DNA from: Haliotis rufescens
Taxonomy: Eukaryota
Direction of reading: 5' to 3'
Length of the DNA stretch: 64,000 nucleotides
Assembly: GCF_023055435.1 (NCBI RefSeq)
Contig: NW_025963846.1
Location: forward strand, 17,422,001 to 17,486,000
Position numbers and translations under genes: made by a program. Below the pieces are notes generated by a model. The model saw nothing but the letters and a program-made list of their open reading frames with translations. It was not told where the DNA came from and did not search any database. Below, in pieces: positions 25,039-36,550 of the stretch. How positions within the stretch are numbered: position 1 is the stretch's first letter; every line of letters starts with the position of its first letter.

Positions 25039-25569
25039 GTGAGTTACGTCACGTATTGCACATTTGCACATATCACAGTTTATGCACTAACGTTTGGTTC
25101 ACTTGGATGAAGTTAATAATAAATGTGCTGGGTGACCTTCATCACTGATACTTTGTATGGCGTGTGTTGTACGACATCAATCAATCAAAGGAGATCAAGG
25201 CATGATGTTGATGAATTGTGCATCGATCATATTGCATGACATATATCAACTAATCTTCACAGCAGTTGAATTTGTATGGCTTTTTATTAAATTTATACCA
25301 TTTTGTATGAAACACATTTTTAATACTCTCTGTATTGATCGCATTGCATGGCACAATCAAAGCATGTGTTACTATGTTTACTATAGATCTTTTCTATAAT
25401 GGAGATTCGGATGTCGAAGAGGGGTTTTGTGCCAAAATGAGGATTGGGTGTTCAAAATGCAGAGGTTTATCTAGACCTGCTTAGAGGCTGATATTTGGTC
25501 TCAAATCTGAAGCAAATGTCTCATTGTTTTCTTATCATCAATATGACATCCAATAATATGTGTCTTCAT

Positions 25570-26095
25570 TGCATGTGTAATACAGAAGTGTTAGCGTTCC
25601 ATGCATGTGTAATACAGAAATATTAGCATCCATGCATGTGTAATACGGAAATATAAGCGTCCATGCATGTGTAATACAGAAATATTAGCCTTCCATGCAC
25701 GTGTAATACAGAAATATTAGCGTCCATGCATGTGTAATACGGAAATATAAGCCTTCCATGCATGTGTAATACAGAAATATTAGCGTCCATGCATGTGTAA
25801 TACGGAAATATAAGCCTTCCATGCATGTGTAATACAGAAATATTAGCGTTCATGCATGTGTAATACGGAAATATTAGCCTTCCATGCACGTGTAATACAG
25901 AAATATTACTATCCATGCATGTGTAATACAGAAATATTAGCCTTCCATGTATGTGTAATACAGAAATATTACTGTCCATGCATGTGAAATATATAGAAAT
26001 ATTAGCCTTCCATGCATGTGTAATACAGAAATATTAGCGTCCATGCATGTGTAATACAGAAATATTAGCGTCCATGCATGTGTAATACAGAAATT
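25570..26095. repeat. About 31/32-bp tandem minisatellite, with a degenerate continuation at 26500-26830
   Basis: CCATGCATGTGTAATACAGAAATATTAGC(G/CT)T. Confidence 0.93.
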
Positions 26096-27194
26096 TATTA
26101 TATACTTCAGTGTGAAAGAAGTTGAGACAAGTGATATTTTCATTGCAGTGAGCATAACACTTTGTTATAAGCTGTCAATTTCTCATTTAACTTGTTAATC
26201 GAGACTGTTCATTTCGCAAAGTGCCATTTTGGTTACTTGACCAGCGTGTTTTCTTTTGCTTCCAACAGCGGCCTTGTAGGTTTCAAGAATATTTTCAAGT
26301 TGATTTTGTATATAAGCATATCCAAATGCATGATAAAGAATTTTATTGACCTCAAATATCTTTTGTTACTTTTTTTATAATTTTAAAGATTTTACAAATA
26401 CGGAATACTTGTTTCAGTCACATCTAGCCTGCTTGGTAGGGAGAATATACATTTCAAGGTTTTACATTTGTAATGAAATAATTTAATTTTCATGTAGACT
26501 TCAATGCATGTATATTACAGAAATATTAGGACTACCAAGCATGTGTAATACAGAAATAAAAGGCTTCAATGCTCAATGCTTGTGTAATACAGAAATAAAA
26601 TGCCTCAATGCTTGTGTAACATGGTGTAATATAGAAATATGAAACTTCTGTGCATTTGTAATACAGAAATACAAGGCTGGATTTAATATGGAAATACAAG
26701 GCTTCAATGCATGTTAAATATGGAGATATACAGTTTCCATCTGTTTGTAATACAGAAATATAGGACTACCAAGCATGTGTGATATAGAAATTTTTGATGC
26801 ATGTGTAATACAGAAATATAAGACTTCAGTGCGTATGAAGCTTCTTGTATGAGTAATATAAAAATATGCCCCAACCAACTCATTCTGATTTCATTCATCC
26901 TTGATGCCTGATTATGTATCATGTATTCCAATCTTGTATATCCTAACTTCAATTGGCCCAATTGCCTGTGGCCCTGCAATTTGCTGTTCAGAGTTCCATC
27001 CCTTTTCATGAAAGGATCTGATGATCATTAGTTGAAATCCAAGTTTTGTCCTGCTTATGATCCTTGGTTTGTTAGCACTGTACCTGTGCTTGAAGGTTAC
27101 ACCACAGTGGCAAATATCTACAACCTGTGTCACTTTGTGCACTTTATAAACTATAGGCTGACCTGCAGTGATGTAACTAAGACATAGCACCTGC

Positions 27195-27240
27195 ACTCAC
27201 TCACTCACTCACTCACTCACTCACTCACTCACTCACTCAT
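27195..27240. repeat. (CACT)n microsatellite
   Basis: About 11 CACT units; same motif as the SINE A/C tails. Confidence 0.9.
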
Positions 27241-27670
27241 GATTTCACCGAATTCCAATCCATTTTAATCCTTTTAGTCCCAATTCAAATGTTAAATGTC
27301 TTATTCCAATCTTATGTTCATTATGTCATCATTTGTTCCAGTTATTTTTTACAGATCTTGCTGCAATAGATATTTTGGACTATTATTACTATAGCTATTC
27401 ACCCTTTTCATTGGAGCAGATTGTACTTATTATTCAATAATTCAAGTTATAGAGGTGTCTAACAAACTCATATTAATAAACTAATCAGACTTTTGTGTAT
27501 CTTCCGTTATATTTTGTATTTTCATTTTATAAGTAAGAAGATTTTAATTTCATAAGTCAACTCTTTCACATGCCTCAAAATAGTTACCCACATGCATAAT
27601 TAGAGTAAAAACTATAAATATACAAGTGAAACATCATCACATTATAAGTATTGTCCTACACATCTTCCAG

Positions 27671-28032
27671 AGGCAATTACAACACTATCTCCACCACCAG
27701 CCTCTGGATTCGGGACAGTCAGTGCATTAGGTGGGGCTGTCCCCTCTGCACGATCAAGACTTGACAGTTCTGGAGCAGCAGCAGCAGCATCAGCATCATC
27801 AAGGACTATCGAAACAACATCTTCCAGCAGTCCTATGACCCGAAGTGTGGCCAGCAGCATGGACAGCGTCTACTCGGAGATCTCAAACGTACAGGAGTCA
27901 CCAAGAAGGACAGAAGGTCCTTCAGTTAGTCGAGCACCCCCTGGGAATCACCAGCAACTCCAATTTCAAAATCACAATTCAGCTGGTACCAATTCTCGGA
28001 ATCCGTTTGGGGTAATGAAGGATATATTTCAT
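27671..28032 (+). CDS. Exon E of plus-strand signalling protein
   Basis: catcttccag acceptor, phase 1: EAITTLSPPPASG..AAAAASASS..MDSVYSEISNV..NSRNPFGVMKDIFH, donor gtgagt (phase 0); alternative in-frame donors at 27925 and 28012 are possible. Confidence 0.78.
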
Positions 28033-28214
28033 GTGAGTGGAACAAGCAGAAGATGCTTGATAAGGAACCCAATGGTCTTTGTTACCGTGAATATATTTGT
28101 GTGTCCCTGTCACAGGGTCTTTTTGTACAATTTATTCCAATAGTCAATACAAATGTTCAGAGACATGTCTTGACGTAAAAATAATTTATGATAAAACCTC
28201 ATTGGTAGTTTTTA

Positions 28215-29832
28215 GTCTAGGTAAGTCTGAGACAGTTGTCTGGTGTCTAGAACATTCAGAGACAATAGTATGGTGCCTATGTCATTCTGGGACAATGTTC
28301 TGGTGCCTGGTACAAATTGTACGGTGCCTGTGTCATTCTGGGACGATGGTCAGGTGCTTTAGTCATTCTGAGAAGTTTCTGGTGCCTAGGTACATTCTTG
28401 GACAATGGTATGGTACCTATGCCATTCTGAGACAATGATCTGGTGCCTAGGTCAGTCTGGGACAATGGCCTGATGCCTTGATCCAGTGTAGAACATTGGT
28501 CTGTTGTCTTGGTCACTTTGGAACAATGTTCTCATGCTTGGCTCAATCTTGGCAATGGTCTGATGCCTGGATCCAGTGCAGGGCAATTGTCTGGTACCTT
28601 GGTCAGTCTTGGACAATGACTTTGTCATATGTCTTTCTGAGAAAATTCTGTTGTTTCTAGGTCAATCTCAGACAATGGTCCGGTGTCTATGTCATCCTTG
28701 GACAGTGGTCTGGTGCCTAGGATATTTTTGGGCAATTGTCTGCTGCCTATGCCATTCTGGGACAATGTTCTGGTTCCTAGGATGAATGCCTGGTTGTTAT
28801 GTCATTCTGGGATGACGATCTGGTTCCGACGGTCAGTCTGGGATAATGGTCTGGTCCCCAGGTCAGTCTGGGACAATGGTCTGATGCCCAGGTCAGTCTG
28901 AGACAATGGTCTGGTGCCTATGACAGTCAAGGACAATGGTCTGATGCCCACGTCAGTCGTGGACAATGGTCTGGTGCCCAGATCAGTCTGGGACAATGGT
29001 CTAGCGCCTGGGTCAGCATGGGACAATGTTCTTATGCCTATGACAGTCTGGAACAATGGTCTGATTCCTGGATCCAGTGTAGGACAATGGTCTGGTGCCT
29101 GGGTCAGTCTCGGACAATGGTCTGTGCCTGGGTCTATCAGGGACAATGGTCTGCTGCCTTGGTTAGTCTGGGACAATGGTCTGGTGCCTGGGTCTATCGG
29201 GGACAATGGTCTGCTGCCTTGGTCAGTTTGGGACAATGGTCTGCTGCCTTGGTCAGTTTGGGACAATGGTCTGGTGCCTGGTTCTATCGTGGATAATAGT
29301 CTGGTGCCTGGGTTAGTCTGAGACAATGTTCTGGTGCCTAGGTCAGTCTGGGACAATTGTCTGGTGCCTTGGTCCGGTCTGGTGTCGGTTTGCTGGGATA
29401 ATGGTCTTGTGCTCAGGTCAGTCTGGAACAATGGTCTGGTGCCTGGGTCTATCAGGGACAATGGTCTGCTGCCTTGGTTAGTCTGGGACAATGGTCTGGT
29501 GCCTGGGTCTATCGGGGACAATGGTCTGCTGCCTTGGTCAGTTTGGGACAGTTGTCTGGTGCCTGGGTCAGCCTCGGACAATGGTCTGTGCCTTGGTCTA
29601 TCAGGGACAATGGTCTGCTGCCTTGGTCAGTCAGGGACAATGATCTGTGCCTGGGTCTATTGTGGAAAATGGTCTGCTGCCTTGGTCAGTCTGGGACAAT
29701 GGTCTGCTGCCTTGGTCAGTTTGGGACAATGGTCTGGTGCCTGGTTCTATCGGGGATAATAGTCTGGTGCCTTGGTTAGTCTGAGACAATGTTCTGGTGC
29801 CTAGGTCAGTCTGGGACAATGGTCTGGTGTCT
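28215..29832. repeat. About 30-bp tandem minisatellite
   Basis: GGGACAATGGTCTGGTGCCT(A/G/T)GGTCAGTCT, more diverged at the left end. Confidence 0.93.
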
Positions 29833-30176
29833 GCTGTAGACATGTGACCCATTTTCATGCACGAAAAGTAAAAATGACGAAGTTGGATTTTTTGTTATAT
29901 TCATAAAAAGACAAAAGGATGTCTTGAAATGACATTATGAAACTAGATAACCTGTATTCCCTGGGAAGGAACAACATGTCAGTTAAGTCCCGACCCAACT
30001 TGTTAGCTTTGAAATAAAAGAAAGTGTGTCATACAATGTCGTCGTCCAAACGATGTCTGTTAAGGAAAATACATTCTGTGAAAATCTTACAAAACTTAAA
30101 GAAAACACAATCTGTTTGGGTAATGTTATTTTGGCACACTGATTATGGGTTCTGGAAAATACAACCAGAGGCTATC

Positions 30177-30540
30177 TACCGATATATGGTCTCTGGTTGG
30201 ACCAATACCGATATATGGTCTCTGGTTGGACCAATACCGATATATGGTCTCTGGTTGAACCAATACCGATATATTGTATCTGGTTGAACCAATACCGATA
30301 TATGGTCACTGGTTGGACCAATACCGATATATTGTATCTGGTTGGACCAATACCGATATATGGTCTCTGGTTGGACCAATACCGGTATATGGTCTCTGGT
30401 TGGACCAATATCAATATATGGTCTCTGGCTTGACCAATACCGATATATGGTCTCTGGTTGGACCAATACCGATATATGGTCTCTGGTTGGACCAATACCG
30501 ATATATGGTCTCTGGTTGGACCAATACCGATCTATGGTCT
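30177..30540. repeat. 29-bp tandem minisatellite, about 12 copies
   Basis: ACCAATACCGATATATGGTCTCTGGTTGG. Confidence 0.95.
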
Positions 30541-30596
30541 CGATATGTGGTTTCTGATCCAACAGATTCATCTGTGAAAATATTAATCATACCTGA

Positions 30597-30883
30597 GCCC
30601 TGTTCCACAAAGCGAGGGGTGGTCGGGTAGCCTAGTGGTTAAAGCGTTAGCTTGTCATGCCGAAGACCCGGGTTCGATTCCCGACATGGGTACAATGTGT
30701 GAAGCCCATTTCTGGTGTTCCCCGCTGTGATATTGCTGGAATATTGCTAAAAGCGGCGTAAAACCATACTCATTCACTCACTCACTCCACAAAGCCATCT
30801 TAGCACTAAGATGATAGTAACTCCCATACTTTAACATAGACTTACGACACTTGTGGCGCTAAGATCGCTTTGTGGAACAGGGC
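30597..30883. mobile_element. Short MITE interrupted by a SINE
   Basis: TIR GCCCTGTTCCACAAAGCGATCTTAGC / GCTAAGATCGCTTTGTGGAACAGGGC once the SINE is removed. Confidence 0.75.
30616..30785 (+). mobile_element. tRNA-derived SINE, family A, intact copy with TSD
   Basis: A-box TAGCCTAGTGG, B-box GGTTCGATTCCC, (CACT)n tail; TSD TCCACAAAGC(G/C)A at 30604-30615 and 30786-30797. Confidence 0.92.
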
Positions 30884-31509
30884 ACTGGTTTGAAAACTAA
30901 AACCTCTGCTAAGACACGAACACAAAAGTTAAAAATCTGTTATTTCCCTGTAGTTTGAATATAATTTCCTCAGCACATTTATAAGCAAATTGCATTTATG
31001 GATCTCACAATGGCCAATTGTTCTGATTTCAATTTAGATTTTTTTTCATGTATTTAGCACAGGTTCTTTGGTAACAACTTTTTTTCACTTCACAAGAGGA
31101 TTTTGGTTCTATTCAGATATTTTGATGGAATGATATTTTCTTTATATATCATAATTTCTTCAGACTATTTAGCTTAACACAAACGATGAAAAACTGTCAT
31201 CACACATAACCGTTCCAGCATAGAGAACCGCCCACAAACTGATTACATCACGGTTTGTTGTGCACTTTTAATTTCCTTTGCTTAACAGAAAATATGCATG
31301 CAATTGTTATGTGATTTTACTCAGAATGCTCAATGAGGTTATACTTCACACAATAAACAATGTATCGGTTGCCAAACCTGGGTTATTGAATGGCTGGAAG
31401 GACCGTGTGCTATTTATCACAACTCGCCCCTTTCCGAAAACTGAATTCAGCTTGCCGTAATGACATGAGTTGTTACAAATGGGTCATGTGCATGTGGTAG
31501 TGCAGGGAT

Positions 31510-31670
31510 CAAACGCCGCACTCAGCAATATTACAGCTATAGGCGCCAGTCTGTAAATAATCGAGTCTGAGCCAGACAATCCAGTGATTGACATCATGAG
31601 CATCCAGCTATGCAATTGGGATACGATGACATGCATCAACAACGACACCGAGCCTGACCACCTAATACCG
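31510..31670 (-). mobile_element. SINE-like family B
   Basis: Reverse complement: CACTCAGCAATATTACAGCTAT..CCAGACAATCCAGTGATTGAC..GAGCCTGACCACC. Confidence 0.8.
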
Positions 31671-32013
31671 TACACAACTGAGCAACCTGAAATTGTTCAA
31701 ACAAACTCAATGCACACTTCTGAGAATTAAGCAACAGATGTAAGGAATAAAAAATCACTTTAATATATGACTGTAACATCACAAAATGTGTGCAGAATAT
31801 TTACGTTTCTATTTGAACTGCTGTGTACTGAGTGTATTTAACTTTCTCTTAAGTAAATTCTTTTTCAGATTAACCTGTTACAAAGTTTCTTTAGAATAGT
31901 TGTCTGTTTGATAGTATATCTGTAATATATCTGGGGGATTGAGCATTTTCCTTGTTTCAATACTCTATGCACCTGTATGTTGTAAGTCGTATCTGTTACG
32001 TGGATAATATAAG

Positions 32014-32140
32014 TTGTAGCAGGATCACTCGGGGTACATGCGTCCTACGTTAGGTTTTATACCACGAGCCTCCAGCTCATGGTATAAGACCTAATGAGGG
32101 ATGCATAAAACCCCATGTACCCTGAGTGACCCTGCTACAA
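32014..32140. repeat. Long imperfect palindrome
   Basis: TTGTAGCAGGATCACTCGGGGTACATG...CATGTACCCTGAGTGACCCTGCTACAA with a nested inner stem. Confidence 0.85.
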
Positions 32141-33029
32141 ATTAATCCTACCGACATGTTCAATGTGACATTGTAAAAGAATTAACACAAATTCAACATT
32201 GATAGAAAGCAGCACTTCGATTGAGCTTAGGTTAACTTGCATTTTGTCATGTGACTTAGACTGACTTGGAAAAGCATGTGACTTTTGATTTGAAACGGGG
32301 TTTGAGGGATTTAATTTTCTTCTCAGAAATCCACGTGCAGCTTGTGTTGCTCATGGCGGGGTACAAGAGATTTATTTCCTCGTTGAGTAATGTATTACCC
32401 TCCAAGCGGGTTACACAGTATTTTATCAAGATAACGTTTACCAATCAGGTCTCATCATTCTGACATGAAGGTATGATAAGGTATTTTAACATTAATTCAG
32501 AAAAGGGGATTAGGTGCCTGACTCTGAGGATGTGGGTTCAAATCTGAGCTGTTACGTTTCACGTTTGCAATTCATCAATTTGGCTTCAATATTGGAGACA
32601 GAATTACTGGAACCTGCTTGTGTTTGGATCGCCTTGTATTTGTGACTGTTAACATAACTGTTCACTACCAGTGTTGGATCTGATATTTGCTTATTTAGAA
32701 ACAATTAAACTTGTCATAGAAAGTACTAACGTTTTCTAGGCAACATAGTAAAGATTGTGCAATTCTTTGTCAAGCTATGCAGCATTCATGTGCTTACAAT
32801 TTAAATATTCCTAGTTACTCCCCTGTTTTGTATAATATAGCCAATTGTTTCACCCTTTTGAAATATTGTTATCACAGGATATTAAATTGTTTGCTTTATT
32901 TCTGTAAGAATTGTAAAAAAATCATAAAAGACCCATTGGTCAGACCTTGGGGGGGGACACGGGTGGCCCAGTCATGGCCCATTGCGTCCCTTGACCATGC
33001 CAGAAACCGATGATTATTGGTTTGAATCC

Positions 33030-33146
33030 CAGTAATCCAACCAGTCTCAGTGTAATCCAACCAGTTTCAGTGTAATCCAACCAGTCTCAGTGTAATCCAA
33101 CCAGTTTCAGTGCAATTCAACCAGTTTCAGTGTAATCCAACCAGTT
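33030..33146. repeat. 20-bp tandem repeat, about 5.5 copies
   Basis: AGTGTAATCCAACCAGT(T/C)TC. Confidence 0.9.
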
Positions 33147-33280
33147 AAAGGAGTGATGATTGGGTCATTTTGGATCAGTCATTTTAATGGCTGGAGGTAT
33201 TGAGTTAATGAAGTGTCCACTGATGCAGGTTTAAGGTATTATGACATATTTGAAACACAAGGATCAAGATAAGGGCTCCC

Positions 33281-33500
33281 AGTGAAGATCTGGGTTAGAA
33301 TCGGTCTTCACCAAACCATGTTTGTCGTAACAGGTGACTAGCATGGACGGGTGGTCAGGTTCGCTGACTTGGTTGATGCATATCATATCGCAGTTTGGTA
33401 GATCGAAACCTGGATTTTCTGTCCCAGTGTCTGTTGTCAACAGACTGCTGTCATATCGCTTGAATACTGCTGCGAGCAGCTTTAAATAAGAACAAAACAT
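33281..33500 (+). mobile_element. SINE-like family B
   Basis: GTGAAGATCTGGGTTAGAATCGGTCTTCA..GGTGGTCAGGTTCGCTGACTTGGTTGATGC. Confidence 0.8.
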
Positions 33501-33663
33501 TTGAAGGGACATCCCTCCCTACCCATTGTTCATTAGTACATTTGGCACAGACAATTGTTAAACCAGACAATTTCATTGGGAACTATACCGTCTTGATTTT
33601 CCCTGGGTTTTACTGTTTTTTGATTTTGATGAAGTAATTAATGACTATTTGTCTCATTTACAG

Positions 33664-33685
33664 ATTCGAAATCAACGACCAGCAG
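33664..33685 (+). CDS. Exon F (22-nt microexon) of plus-strand signalling protein
   Basis: ttgtctcatttacag acceptor, CAG|gtaagc donor, phase 0-1: IRNQRPA. Confidence 0.7.
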
Positions 33686-33960
33686 GTAAGCTGTTCTTTG
33701 TAAAAATTCAGTACTGTATTTCATAATATATTTATCTACACATTTCAATTTTATTATTCTTAATATGTAACTGGTGAGCAACAGTCCCTCAGTTAAATGG
33801 CCTTTGTTTTATGTCATTACATCAAATAGCCTTACTGTTTGGACCCCAGAAGAAAACACTATTCTACTGTTGCAGTTTGACGTTGGTACTTGGAACCAGC
33901 TGTATTTTGTGTAGTATGGGTCTTGTTTTGTTTATGTGTTTGTGCTGTTTTCTGTTTCAG

Positions 33961-34014
33961 TGCAAGTGGTGCAAGGTATACCAGGCGTGTATAGATTCAG
34001 AGGCCAAGATGTAG
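33961..34014 (+). CDS. Exon G of plus-strand signalling protein
   Basis: ttttctgtttcag acceptor, G|gtaagg donor, 54 nt, phase 1-1: VQVVQGIPGVYRFRGQDV. Confidence 0.72.
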   Translation, partial: CKWCKVYQACIDSEAKM

Positions 34015-34540
34015 GTAAGGTTTCATTCAGGCAGTCAGGTAGCCGAGTGGTTAGAGCGTTCACTTGTCACACTGAAGGTCCGGGTTCGGTTCCCCACATG
34101 CTCATATTGCCTATATTTCCCTTGAACAATTTACCTCTATTACATCATGGGCATAAATTCCTGTTTGGGCTGTAATGACACTATAAATTCTTTAGATATT
34201 TCAACAGACGCCCTCTTCACTGCAAACATATCTAACAGTTTCTAGTGTACCCTGCCGTGATATTGTTGGAATATTGCTAAACACTGTATGAAACCAAATC
34301 ACTCACTCACACATTTACCTATTTATCAATGGCACAACAACCATGACCAGAAATGAATTTTTGTAAACAGTAAAATGAACATGCCCTTAACCTCTGTGAT
34401 AAGATTTACATCCATTTTTGCATACTGTAGGCTATCCTTGATACACTTCAAGCTCACATATAGTAGTGAGGTAAAATGGGATTGAACGTTGTGTCCAAGA
34501 TTATGGCACCTATGTGTCAGTGTGCTTGCATGTATGTGCG

Positions 34541-35020
34541 CAATCACATTAAAATCAGATCTTAGTTCTCGCTACAGCTAAACAAAGATCTGAGGACATC
34601 CCATTACGGGTCACGTCAGACCGACCTTGCGCGAACTTTGACCGGCCAATGGAATGACCAATCAGAAAGCAGCTTTCTTGTGCTTTACGGCACTAATTTC
34701 AAATTGGTGCCTACGCCTTGATATATATTTTGACAAATTCGCGATTACAAATTTGAAACCTGAACAAAAGAACATTCTGAAATGGCTAATAGATGGTCTA
34801 GATTGTATGGATTCAGTTGTTAAACCCGTAACTATCGTTCGAAGTTAAAGTTTTCGAGGTTGCATGATTAGAAATCCCATTCCGTCTGTCACTTTCATAA
34901 TCTGGTAAGCGATGCTCTGATTGGTCGGATGAAAGGTCGTCCTAATGTGACCCCTAATGGGATGTCCTCAGATCTTTGTTTAGCAGTACCGATAACTTAA
35001 GTCTGATTTTAATGAGATTG
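34541..35020. mobile_element. Non-autonomous DNA transposon with about 85-bp TIRs and 9-bp TSD (AcademH-like; MULE is the alternative)
   Basis: TIR CAATCACATTAAAATCAGA..AAACAAAGATCTGAGGACATCCCATTA; GTATGTGCG at 34532-34540 and 35021-35029; internal FAITNLKPEQKNILKWLIDGLDCM. Confidence 0.85.
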
Positions 35021-35281
35021 GTATGTGCGTGGCTGCTTGTACTAGACCTGGCTTCAGCCCTCTGAGTTGACAGTTTAACATGGATACCCCCATACAATAA
35101 ACTAACCCTGCGCCGACCAGTCTTTGTTCTAACGTCTTAATACTAGGTGACAATAAGTACCACGTTTTTACAATTTTGGGTATGTCATGGCAGCAGATGG
35201 ATATTTTTCATGTTTTAAACAGCAGTGAATACACTAACAAATCTTTAAATTACAAAAGAGTTTGATTTGGCCATTTTTCAG

Positions 35282-35352
35282 GTTTTGACCATCGTCCACA
35301 AAAACCGAAAGGCAAGAAGGAGGAACCCAGATACTGGAAGACCTACATGTAG
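35282..35352 (+). CDS. Terminal coding exon H of plus-strand signalling protein
   Basis: ccatttttcag acceptor, phase 1: GFDHRPQKPKGKKEEPRYWKTYM then TAG at 35350-35352; AATAAA candidates at about 36248, 36761 and 36968. Confidence 0.75.
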
Positions 35353-35414
35353 TGGCGCCGTCGCGGCATGTGGCGGCAGAACACTCTGTCACCACCATAG
35401 CTGTGCCTGGTGAA

Positions 35415-35700
35415 TGTCACCCTCTGGACTCCCTGGACTCTCACAGACTTCCTCAGCAGACTCCTCTCCCACAGACTCCCCTGGTGGACTTCTTCTCTCC
35501 CACAGACTCCCCAGATGGACACCCTCAATCCCACAAACTCCACAGGTGGACACCCTCTCTCCCACAGACTCCCCAGGTGGACACCCTCTCTCCCACACTC
35601 CCCAGGTGGACACCCTCTCTCCCACAGACTCCCCTGGCAGACTTCTTCTCTCCAACACTCCCCAGATGGACACCCTCAATCCCACAAACTCACTTCACTC
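35415..35700. repeat. About 31-bp C-rich tandem repeat in the predicted 3' UTR
   Basis: TGGACACCCTCTCTCCCACAGACTCCCCAGG, about 9 copies. Confidence 0.88.
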
Positions 35701-36163
35701 TCAGACACCCCCATTTATTGTGCCACCATCATAGCTGTATCAGATACAAACCTGAACTTGGCATAAAATATACATCGTACAAAATGAAAACAAGATCTAA
35801 CAGTTTTGAGGAAACGTACCTGAAAGTTTCCGAACATAAAGGGGACTATGTTGGGATCAATAGGCAGTCCATGCAGGTTTAGTTCACGTCGTTCAAACAC
35901 AGCTTCCACAAATTAAACAATGTACATCAGTCTGGCAGTTACCCTATGTACACATAAAATGTTTCACACAAGCCACTAATCACAACGTCAGCCCTAGACT
36001 GGATGTAGGCACCAGAGTCCCACTTTGAACCTTACACTTTCATCTGCTTATAGTTTTACATACTCACCAACAAGAGGTACAGAGATGTGCCATCATACAG
36101 GGATTTTTATGTACAAATTAATTTGGAATTCCGATTCTGTTGTCAGGGACTGTGCTATGCTCA

Positions 36164-36550
36164 CAGGGGTCCTGAAAATTTAAAATCCCAATCGGACATT
36201 TGCATTTAGGCCACGCCCCCTTTAAATAGCGTATCTTAATCTCTGCAAATAAAACAATGCCTTTGAGAGCAGGAAGTACATTTTAAATGGTAAAATCATC
36301 ATGTCTAGTGATGTTTTATATCAAATTTCATACTTTTATTGACCAAGTTTGTTATGTCTGTTTATTCACCTGAAGTTGTTGAAGGGATACGATAAAACTC
36401 ATCAATTATTTGGACCCTGAAGGTAGCATTGTTTGTTTTTAAAATGTCCGGACAGAAAAATTTATATGTCCGGTAAGCAGTATTTTAAATCGGACATTTG
36501 AGATTCCCAATCGGACATGTCCGGCGCATATGACCGTTTCCGGACCCCTG
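36164..36550. mobile_element. hAT-type MITE with 8-bp TSD
   Basis: TIR CAGGGGTCC(T/G)GAAA; TATGCTCA at 36156-36163 and 36551-36558. Confidence 0.85.

Noticed and set aside
26268-26278. Microexon after the strong acceptor ttttgcttccaacag
   Set aside because: The 7-nt and 11-nt options break the reading frame between exons D and E
21605-27671. Non-canonical splice or assembly error giving TYEAI
   Set aside because: The phase conflict is resolved by exon D at 24996-25038
28277-30630. Long ORFs on both strands, such as 28802-29581
   Set aside because: Coincide with 30-bp and 29-bp minisatellites in an intron; no splice or start context
30616-30690. Functional tRNA gene
   Set aside because: tRNA-like head continues into SINE body and CACT tail with TSD; multiple diverged copies present
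35352-35882. 176-aa ORF after the terminal exon
   Set aside because: Starts at a GTG overlapping the stop and runs through a 31-bp tandem repeat; more simply 3' UTR
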